Positions 42,629 through 50,058 of a stretch of DNA of 50,058 nt are shown here, piece after piece. The notes beneath the pieces are model-generated. The model ran no database searches and was not told the origin of the DNA. It saw only the letters and a list, made by a program, of their open reading frames with translations. The position numbers were made by a program, and so were the translations under genes. Position 1 is the stretch's first letter. Each line of letters starts with the position of its first letter. Source of the DNA: a bacterium (lineage in GTDB: Bacteria > Bacillota_I > Bacilli_A > RF39 > UBA660). The stretch is taken from positions 1 through 50,058 of the forward strand of contig JAUNFK010000004.1 in assembly GCA_030525085.1 (NCBI GenBank), given 5' to 3'.

Positions 42629-45250
42629 TTACCCTTCATATTTAATTGCGGCTTGTGCTGCAGCTAATCTAGCAATTGGAACTCTGTATGGAGAACAAGA
42701 TACGTAATCTAGTCCAACGTTATTACAGAATTCTACAGATGAAGGATCTCCACCGTGTTCACCACAAATTCCTAAATGAATATTTGGATTAGATTCTCTT
42801 CCTAAGGTAGCTGCCATTTTAACTAGTTTACCTACTCCTTTTTGATCTAATTTAGCAAATGGATCATTTTCGTAGATTTTCTTATCATAGTAAGCACCTA
42901 AGAATTTGCCAGCATCATCTCTTGAGAAACCAAATGTCATTTGTGTTAGGTCGTTTGTACCGAATGAGAAGAAATCTGCTTCTTTAGCTATTTCGTCTGC
43001 AGTTAGTGCTGCTCTTGGAATTTCAATCATTGTACCAACGTGATATTCCATTTCAAAGTTTTCATTTTTTAGAACTTCGTCTGCAGTTTGACAAACAATA
43101 TTCTTTACATATTTAAGTTCTTTTACTTCACCAACTAGTGGGATCATGATTTCAGGAACGATTTTAATATTTCTTCTCTTTGATACTGCAATAGCTGCTT
43201 TGATTACTGCTCTTGTTTGCATCTTAGCAATTTCTGGGAATGTAACTGCTAAACGGCATCCACGATGTCCCATCATTGGGTTAAATTCATGAAGTGATGC
43301 AATTATTGCTTTGATTTGTTCTACTGTTTTTCCTTGAGTTTCAGCTAATAATTTAATGTCTGCTTCTTCTGTTGGAACAAATTCATGTAGAGGTGGGTCT
43401 AAGTATCTAATTGTAACACTATAGTTTTCCATTGCTTCGTATAGTTCTTCAAAGTCCTTTTGCTGCATTGGTTCAATTTTTGCTAAAGCATTTTCTCTTT
43501 CTTCAACAGTGTCAGAGCAAATCATTTCTCTAATTGCTGCAATTCTGTCTTTGTCAAAGAACATATGCTCTGTACGACATAGTCCAATACCTTCTGCTCC
43601 TAGTTCTCTTGCTTTTTTAGCATCTCTTGGAGTATCAGCATTTGTTCTTACTTTTAGTTTTCTATATTTATCTGCCCATTCCATAATTCTGCTAAATTCA
43701 CCAGTAATTGATGCATCTACTTTAGGAATTAGTCCAGCGTAAATTTTACCAGTGCTTCCGTCAATTGAAATTTCATCATATTCTTTAAATGTTTTTCCAC
43801 CTAAAGTGAATGTCTTATTTTCTTCATCCATAATGATGTCTTGGCATCCAGATACACAGCAAGTTCCCATACCACGAGCAACTACAGCTGCATGGCTAGT
43901 CATTCCACCACGAACAGTTAAAATTCCTTCACTTGCTTTCATTCCTTCAATGTCTTCTGGAGATGTTTCAAGTCTTACTAAAACTACTTTTTTTCCATTT
44001 TCTTTTGCTGTTTTTGCATCTTCTGCACTAAATACGATTTGTCCGGCTGCTGCTCCTGGTGAAGCTGCTAAGCCTTTACCGATTTCTTCAGCTTTCTTTA
44101 AAGCTTCTGCGTCAAATGTTGGATGTAGTAATGTATCTAAATTACGTGGGTCAATCATCATAACTGCTTCTTTGTCAGTTATCATGCCTTCATCAACAAG
44201 GTCACATGCAATTTTTAAAGCTGCTTTTGCAGTTCTTTTTCCGTTACGAGTTTGTAACATATAAAGATGTTTGTCTTCGATAGTAAACTCCATGTCTTGC
44301 ATGTCATGGTAATGTTCTTCTAATTTTTTACAAATACCGACAAATTGTTCGTAAACTTCTGGCATTACTTCTTTTAGATGATCAATTGGTTGTGGAGTTC
44401 TTACTCCAGCAACAACATCTTCTCCTTGAGCGTTCATTAAGAATTCACCCATTAAGTGTTTTTCTCCAGTAGCTGGGTCTCTTGTGAAGGCAACACCTGT
44501 TCCTGATGTTTCTCCCATGTTTCCGAAGGCCATCATTTGAACGTTTACTGCTGTTCCCCAAGAATATGGGATGTCATTATCACGACGGTATACGTTAGCT
44601 CTAGGATTGTCCCAAGATCTAAATACAGCTTTAATAGCTCCCATTAATTGTTCAGTTGGATTTGTTGGAAATTCTGCACCAACTTTATTTTTATATTCTG
44701 CTTTGAATTCTTCAGATAGTTCTTTTAAATCCTCTGCAGTTAGTTCTACGTCTAAGGTTACTCCCTTTTTCTCTTTCATTTTGTCAATAAGGGTTTCAAA
44801 GTATTTCTTTCCTACTTCCATTACTACGTCTGAATACATTTGAATAAATCTACGATAGCAGTCCCAAGCCCATCTAGGGTTTCCACTTTTCTTAGCTAGT
44901 ACTTCTACAACATCTTCGTTTAATCCTAGGTTAAGGATTGTATCCATCATTCCTGGCATAGATGCACGAGCACCGCTTCTTACTGAAACTAATAGTGGAT
45001 TTTCTTTATCGCCGAATTTTTTGCCAGTGATTTCTTCCATCTTTGCGATATTTTCAAAAATTTCTTTTTGAATATCTTCACTTATTTTTTCACCATCTTC
45101 GTAGTATTTTGTACATGCTTCTGTTGTAATGGTAAATCCTTGTGGTACTGGTAAGCCTAATTTAGTCATTTCTGCTAAGTTAGCTCCCTTACCTCCAAGT
45201 AAGTTCTTCATATCTTTGTTTCCTTCAGAAAACAAATAAACATATTTCAT
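42629..45250 (-). CDS. ppdK: Pyruvate, phosphate dikinase
   Basis: LLGGKGANLAEM, LLVSVRSGA..SMPGMMDTILNLG, phospho-His motif GGMTSHAAVVARG, CGEHGGDP. Confidence 0.99.
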   Translation of the reverse strand: MKYVYLFSEGNKDMKNLLGGKGANLAEMTKLGLPVPQGFTITTEACTKYYEDGEKISEDIQKEIFENIAKMEEITGKKFGDKENPLLVSVRSGARASMPGMMDTILNLGLNEDVVEVLAKKSGNPRWAWDCYRRFIQMYSDVVMEVGKKYFETLIDKMKEKKGVTLDVELTAEDLKELSEEFKAEYKNKVGAEFPTNPTEQLMGAIKAVFRSWDNPRANVYRRDNDIPYSWGTAVNVQMMAFGNMGETSGTGVAFTRDPATGEKHLMGEFLMNAQGEDVVAGVRTPQPIDHLKEVMPEVYEQFVGICKKLEEHYHDMQDMEFTIEDKHLYMLQTRNGKRTAKAALKIACDLVDEGMITDKEAVMMIDPRNLDTLLHPTFDAEALKKAEEIGKGLAASPGAAAGQIVFSAEDAKTAKENGKKVVLVRLETSPEDIEGMKASEGILTVRGGMTSHAAVVARGMGTCCVSGCQDIIMDEENKTFTLGGKTFKEYDEISIDGSTGKIYAGLIPKVDASITGEFSRIMEWADKYRKLKVRTNADTPRDAKKARELGAEGIGLCRTEHMFFDKDRIAAIREMICSDTVEERENALAKIEPMQQKDFEELYEAMENYSVTIRYLDPPLHEFVPTEEADIKLLAETQGKTVEQIKAIIASLHEFNPMMGHRGCRLAVTFPEIAKMQTRAVIKAAIAVSKRRNIKIVPEIMIPLVGEVKELKYVKNIVCQTADEVLKNENFEMEYHVGTMIEIPRAALTADEIAKEADFFSFGTNDLTQMTFGFSRDDAGKFLGAYYDKKIYENDPFAKLDQKGVGKLVKMAATLGRESNPNIHLGICGEHGGDPSSVEFCNNVGLDYVSCSPYRVPIARLAAAQAAIKYEG

Positions 45251-45265
45251 AAATTTTAACCTCCT

Positions 45266-45916
45266 TTATTTAATCATCATTGAATTTATAAAATATTTAT
45301 TATCACCCTTACTAAGTACTAGAGTACCTTTTAAAGCCACAAGATTTTTATCGTAGTCTAAAATATCTGTTTTGCAGCTTTCAGAGTTATAATCGATCAT
45401 TTCAAAATAAACTGTTTTTTGATTACTTTCATCCTTTTCGTTTACTGTTTTGATGCAGTACTTTGGATCTGCATAGTTTATTTCGTATTTATATAAGCTT
45501 CCGTCGTAATATGATTCGAGGTTTTCTTTTGATAATTCGACACCAAATGTTTCATTTGTGAGTATGTTTAGTTCTTCTAAAGTCAGGCCTTCTTTAGAGT
45601 TTTTTGAGTAGATATATTTAAATATATTTTCTTCATTTTCAAAGATGTTTACGTCTTTATTTGAATAGTCTACTGAATTATTGATACCTCTAAGAAAGTT
45701 TCCATCATTTAGGAGTGTGTTATAGTTGATCTTTTCAGCATCTGTTAGCTTAGTCATTTCCTTATCATTGTATTCTGTTGTTGTCGTCGGAAGTTCATAA
45801 TCATAGTTGTTTACTGATAAAGTATGGCCTATTAAATATAGGAGAATAATAATGCCTATAATTATTAAAACTAAAGCAAATATTTTCCCTAATTTTTTTG
45901 AATTATCATCTATCAT
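45266..45916 (-). CDS. Hypothetical single-TM surface protein
   Basis: N-terminal TM, PTTTTE linker, polar extracellular domain with two Cys. Confidence 0.75.
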   Translation of the reverse strand: MIDDNSKKLGKIFALVLIIIGIIILLYLIGHTLSVNNYDYELPTTTTEYNDKEMTKLTDAEKINYNTLLNDGNFLRGINNSVDYSNKDVNIFENEENIFKYIYSKNSKEGLTLEELNILTNETFGVELSKENLESYYDGSLYKYEINYADPKYCIKTVNEKDESNQKTVYFEMIDYNSESCKTDILDYDKNLVALKGTLVLSKGDNKYFINSMMIK

Positions 45917-45964
45917 ATTACCACCAGCCTACTAGAAAATTATATCAATTTTTTTATAATTAAT

Positions 45965-46855
45965 CTAGTATTTTCCATGCGGATGTGCATTTAAATATGT
46001 TTTTCTAATGGCCTCATTTGTTAAGTGTGTATAGATGCTTGTTGTGTTTAAATTAGCGTGTCCTAGAAGTTCTTGAACACTTCTAATGTCGCATCCTTCA
46101 TTAAGAAGCATAGTTGCAAATGTGTGCCTAAATGTATGCGGTGTTACACGGGTATTAATTGAGCACTTTTTAATAATTCCATCTATGATATATCTGATGC
46201 CTCGCTCTGTTAGTTTACCGCCATTATTATTTATTAATAAATATTCAGAAAACTTTCCTTTAAGAAGAACTGGTCTGCTGTCTTTAAGGTAGAAGTATAA
46301 TTTTTGTTTTGTAGCTTCTCTATAGTAAACGATTCTTTCTTTATTACCTTTACCTAATATTTTAATTTCGTTGTTTTTTAAATCCATGTCTGATATTTTA
46401 ATACTTGATAGTTCACTAACACGTAAACCTGTTGACAAAAGAAGCTCTATTATAAGTGCGTTACGGAGTGTTAAAGGTTTATCGTCTTCTAATGTTTCTA
46501 GCATTTCTTCAAAATCACTATATTTAAAATAATTAGGCAATTTTTTTTCAGTTTTAAGATTATTAATTAGTTCGAACGGGTTGGTTTCAGTTATGTCTTT
46601 TTTAATTAAATAGTTATAAAAACTTCTTTGTGAGCTTAGTGTACGGTTTATTGATGTACTTTTATAGCCACTTTTTTGCATGTCTATGACATATTCACTG
46701 ACAGCATCATATGATAGTTTTAGGTAATTTAATCTATTTTTAGTACAGTATTCTTTTAGATGATATAAATCTATTTCATAGTTTTTTATTGTTTGTTCTG
46801 AATATCTTTTCTCAAATTCCAAATAGTCTAGGAATTGTCTGATAGTATTTTCCAT
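45965..46855 (-). CDS. xerC: Tyrosine recombinase XerC/CodV type
   Basis: 296 aa; TGLRVSE (R), GKGNK (K), HTFRH (HxxR), VQELLGH (H), TSIYTH (Y); core-binding N-domain. Confidence 0.88.
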   Translation of the reverse strand: MENTIRQFLDYLEFEKRYSEQTIKNYEIDLYHLKEYCTKNRLNYLKLSYDAVSEYVIDMQKSGYKSTSINRTLSSQRSFYNYLIKKDITETNPFELINNLKTEKKLPNYFKYSDFEEMLETLEDDKPLTLRNALIIELLLSTGLRVSELSSIKISDMDLKNNEIKILGKGNKERIVYYREATKQKLYFYLKDSRPVLLKGKFSEYLLINNNGGKLTERGIRYIIDGIIKKCSINTRVTPHTFRHTFATMLLNEGCDIRSVQELLGHANLNTTSIYTHLTNEAIRKTYLNAHPHGKY

Positions 46856-46871
46856 GTTACATTATCCTAAC

Positions 46872-48800
46872 TTAATTTATTATATATGGATTTTCACTAG
46901 TGCCTTTTCCTGTTACATTTACTGCTGGTTTTAGTGCTATTACTGGACGCAAAGCGTTTGTATTATTAACTTTACTACTATACTCAATTTTCCCAGTTGC
47001 TAGATAAGCTACATATGCGTACCCATATGAGTAAGTATACGGCGATAAAGTCCAAAATGAATTTGAACCAGTATTTTCTTGTAAATAGTAAGCTGCGTTG
47101 TTACCTGCACTAGATGCTCCAGCAAAGGCCGCTTCATCGGCTGTTAGTAGTCCGATTTTATAAGTAAGAGCTCCATTTCCATTTGTTGTATCTTCTGTAG
47201 TGAATTTTGATAAATTACCTCCATCATTATCAGGCTGACATATTAAGCTTGGTTCTGCTGTTAATTGATTTCCTAATCTATTAAATGCAAAATAGTCTGT
47301 TGAACTTGTACCATAACCGATTCCGTCACTAGAAGTTTTTTTGTCATTACACCATATTACGTCCTCCAGGTAATCTTCATAATTATTTAGATTATTTTTA
47401 TACCATGTTTCTAAATTAGTTAATATTTGACTTTTATTTGTATTTTTATGGGTATTGGCATAACTACTTGATGATGCTGTCCCATACATAAATCCGACAT
47501 AAGCGTTGTCATCATTAGATGAATTAAATGCAGTGTTGTATGTGCTTCCACTATAATGAGCAAAGGCTGCAGTATCGCTATTGTTTGAAGTTGAGCAAGG
47601 GTTAGCATTTTTATTTACATTATCGTTGTGAAGAATTAATTTTATTGCACCATTACCAGTTACTCTTACTATTCTCCAGCACTTATTCGCAAATTCTACA
47701 TAATTGTTATCTACTGAACCTCTGAAATATAAACTTGTTCCATAATCATCTTTTGTGCTAGCCAAAACATCTTCTGTTGAGTTTTTATTTGATGTTATTG
47801 TTTTGTATGTAAAATTTGATGTGGATGTATCTGTTACATAATAAATAGCACTAAGATTGATAGCTTTTTTTGCTGTTGCTGTGCTAGAACTATTACCGTA
47901 TGCAGTTTTAGCAATTAAATATTTACCTTTTAAATTAGAATATGATGAAGAGTATGGATCAGCTGTGACACTTACTCCAGTTAGTTTAAATCCTGACTCA
48001 TCTTGCTCCCAACCTGTTCCGTATGTCCAATAATATTTTTGGTATGTCGTACTTACCGTTGCAGTCGTAGAAACTTTTACATCATCGACTGTATGTGCAC
48101 TTATTTCTTTGCCTGGTACAGTTAATGTTTTTTGAATATGATTATCTTCATCATCACGAATTGAAGCTAAGATTGTACCATCGGCGGCTTCGTCCCATCC
48201 TTCTGGTACTGCGTTCGGCAATGTTGGTGCTACAACTATGACAATTTTGCCTTGCCAAATTTTATTTAGTCCCTCTTCAATTGTTGTATCTTGATCCATC
48301 CAGAGTCTTAAATTGAATGTTAGGGTTTGATTTCCTTTTAGATTCAATGTTTTTAATATGTATCCTTCATCACTGCTGTCTAATTTTGTTGATGTGAGTG
48401 TGCTTAGCTTAGTTGAGATGCTATTTATTACATCGCCTTGTGACAGGTTTGCTTTTATAAAATCATCTTTTAAATAAGTACTTGATGAATCATTTTTGTA
48501 AATGCTTTTTAAGGTTATATATATTTTTACGTATGAATCACAGTTATTTGTTACTGTAAATGTATATGGCGTCAATTTCGTACCTTCGATGTCTGATATT
48601 GGAAATGCGTCTGTCATATTAACTTCTGCTGAATTTTCTGTTAATGATGTGTCCAAACAGTTTCTTGTTGTTATTTCGTTTTGATTTTGTTGAGTCTTAA
48701 ACAGCCTAAAATAAGCATATGTAATACCAATTACTGTTATAACTATTGCAAGTAAGCTTGAATAAACTACTAGTAACTTCTTGTTTTTTTGATTGTTCAT
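46872..48800 (-). CDS. Secreted surface protein with SipW-type signal peptide, TasA/camelysin-like N-domain and DUF6273-like C-domain
   Basis: IGITYAYF signal; YTFTVTN...FNLRLWMD...WQGKIV; C-terminal IGLLTADE...FWTLSP...LRPVIAL..GKGTSENPY. Confidence 0.7.
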   Translation of the reverse strand: MNNQKNKKLLVVYSSLLAIVITVIGITYAYFRLFKTQQNQNEITTRNCLDTSLTENSAEVNMTDAFPISDIEGTKLTPYTFTVTNNCDSYVKIYITLKSIYKNDSSSTYLKDDFIKANLSQGDVINSISTKLSTLTSTKLDSSDEGYILKTLNLKGNQTLTFNLRLWMDQDTTIEEGLNKIWQGKIVIVVAPTLPNAVPEGWDEAADGTILASIRDDEDNHIQKTLTVPGKEISAHTVDDVKVSTTATVSTTYQKYYWTYGTGWEQDESGFKLTGVSVTADPYSSSYSNLKGKYLIAKTAYGNSSSTATAKKAINLSAIYYVTDTSTSNFTYKTITSNKNSTEDVLASTKDDYGTSLYFRGSVDNNYVEFANKCWRIVRVTGNGAIKLILHNDNVNKNANPCSTSNNSDTAAFAHYSGSTYNTAFNSSNDDNAYVGFMYGTASSSSYANTHKNTNKSQILTNLETWYKNNLNNYEDYLEDVIWCNDKKTSSDGIGYGTSSTDYFAFNRLGNQLTAEPSLICQPDNDGGNLSKFTTEDTTNGNGALTYKIGLLTADEAAFAGASSAGNNAAYYLQENTGSNSFWTLSPYTYSYGYAYVAYLATGKIEYSSKVNNTNALRPVIALKPAVNVTGKGTSENPYIIN

Positions 48801-48822
48801 TGTTCCACCTTTATCCTATTAA

Positions 48823-48851
48823 ATTATAGTTTATTTTGTGCATTTAAGCAA
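48823..48851 (-). promoter_or_regulatory. Sigma-A promoter of the 642-aa surface protein gene
   Basis: TTGCTT-17 bp-TATAAT. Confidence 0.65.
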
Positions 48852-48852
48852 T

Positions 48853-48878
48853 AAAAAAAGAAAGATTTAACTCTTTCC
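48853..48878 (-). terminator. Minus-strand intrinsic terminator directly beside the IS end
   Basis: GGAAAGA-GTTAAA-TCTTTCT plus T-run. Confidence 0.55.
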
Positions 48879-48960
48879 CATGAAGTTGTAAAATAAAAGT
48901 AGACACAAAAAAGATGTGTTTACTTTTTCTTTGGTATAATTTAATAAAGGAGATGAAAAA

Positions 48961-49311
48961 ATGCAAGGAAGACCAAAAGGCGGTAAAAATAAATATTATT
49001 CAAAAGAGGAAAAAATTAAAATAGTACAAGAAATGTTAAATGGAAAAACAACAAAAGATATTACTAATGAATATGGTATTAATCATTCTGTTTCAAATAA
49101 ATGGTTACACTTATTTAATGAGTATGGCGAAAAAGGATTAGAAAATCAAAAGAAACCAGGAAATCCTTTATGTAAATATTCAAATAAGAAAAATTTAACA
49201 GATATAGAAAAACTAGAATATGAAAATATGAAATTAAGAATTGAGAATGAACGATTAAAAAAAGGATACCTTGTGAAAGGAGATGGTTCAGTTGTAGTAT
49301 TCAAGAAATAA
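48961..49311 (+). CDS. IS3-family transposase OrfA (HTH)
   Basis: YSKEEKIKIVQEML...ITNEYGI...KW....EYGEKGL; LEYENMKLRIENERLKK zipper; AAAGGAG SD. Confidence 0.9.
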   Translation: MQGRPKGGKNKYYSKEEKIKIVQEMLNGKTTKDITNEYGINHSVSNKWLHLFNEYGEKGLENQKKPGNPLCKYSNKKNLTDIEKLEYENMKLRIENERLKKGYLVKGDGSVVVFKK

Positions 49312-50058
49312 AACAAAAGGAATTTGAAATTATAGAAATATTAAGGAAAGAATATTCAGTTAAATCATTATGTGAAGTAATGAATATTTCTAGAAGCGGC
49401 TATTATAAATGGTTAAAAACAAAGAATATATTAAATCAATATGAAATAAATCGTAGAGATTTAGAACCTTTAATAAGAGATATTCATAAAAGAAAACCAA
49501 GTTATGGTTATCATAGAATAAATTATTTAATTCGTAAAGAAACTGGTTGGGTAGTATCCGATAATTTAGTTCATAAAGTGTGTAAAATATTAAAAATAAG
49601 AAGTAAAGCAAAACACTATTCTACATATAAAAAGCCTGGTGCAGAATCTATTAAATATCCAAATCTTATTAATAATGATTGGAATACTACAAGACCATTA
49701 GAAAAAATAACATCTGATACAACAATGATATGGTTTAAAAGACAAAGATATGATTGGACATACTATGTAGATGCATTTGATGATTCGATAATAGGCTCTG
49801 ATATTAAACCTTTTTATCACGGAGTAAGCATGAAAAATCATAGAGATGCCTTACAAGATATGTTAAATAACAAAATAAAAAGAGGATACAAAAGCCAAGA
49901 GACGATTTTCCACTCTGATCAAGGCGCAATATATTCCTCAATGGCATTTAATAATGCACATAAAGATTATAACATAACTAGGTCAATGTCGAGAATAGGA
50001 ACTCCAACAGATAATCCAATAATTGAATCTAAAAATGGTTGGTTAAAGAAAGAGATGT
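49260..50058 (+). CDS. IS3-family transposase OrfB (DDE), -1 frameshift, 3' truncated
   Basis: Open frame with LCEVMNISRSGYYKW, YGYHRI, YPNLI, SDTT, HSDQG, SMSRIGTPTDNPIIES; absent from the ORF track, probably because no stop lies in the window. Confidence 0.9.

Larger units (their letters stand above)
48881..50058 (+). mobile_element. IS3-family (IS150-like) insertion sequence, truncated by the window end
   Basis: Left end TGAAGTTGTAAAATAAAAGTAGACA; orfA HTH; orfB DDE in the -1 frame; A7G slippery site. Confidence 0.92.

Noticed and set aside
45965-46855. Tyrosine recombinase as a prophage or ICE integrase
   Set aside because: Size and motifs fit chromosomal XerC/CodV; there is no arm-binding N-terminal extension, tRNA att site or phage/conjugation gene nearby.
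46872-47100. C-terminus of the 642-aa protein as the variable repeat of a diversity-generating retroelement
   Set aside because: No template-repeat copy differing at adenines and no reverse transcriptase seen in the window; cannot be supported here.

Overview
A very AT-rich chromosomal segment of a low-GC Bacillota genome. It uses the standard genetic code, is walled (PBP1A, FtsW/RodA) and carries scattered sporulation genes (ylbJ, ylbL-like, spoIIIAH-like, gerE, gerM). This gene content and protein style resemble uncultured gut Bacilli of the RF39/UBA660 type, which is an inference not checked by phylogeny. Most of the window is housekeeping: mutS, pdp, rplS-trmD-rimM, der, engB, recU-ponA, nth-dnaD-cca, csaA, a P-type Ca2+ ATPase, T-box-regulated pheST, ppdK and xerC. 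It also has a compact Tad-pilus-like operon, an isolated type IV pilin, several membrane/secreted hypotheticals, a SipW-type surface protein, and an IS3/IS150-like element cut by the window end. The most unusual region is 27.0-32.0 kb. A C39-peptidase ABC exporter is translationally coupled to two unannotated double-glycine peptides, each with a Cys at or next to the C-terminus. Upstream, a self-contained promoter-gene-terminator cassette is bounded by a perfect 49-bp inverted repeat. Each copy holds an 11-6-11 palindrome and an outward-facing Shine-Dalgarno; one copy feeds the exporter, the other an unannotated 18-aa hydrophobic ORF ahead of spoIIIAH-like, gerE and gerM. A second highlight is a PheRS pair with substitutions at normally conserved pocket and Mg-binding positions. 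No rRNA, tRNA or CRISPR array was seen. All calls come from motif recognition by eye, without database searches.
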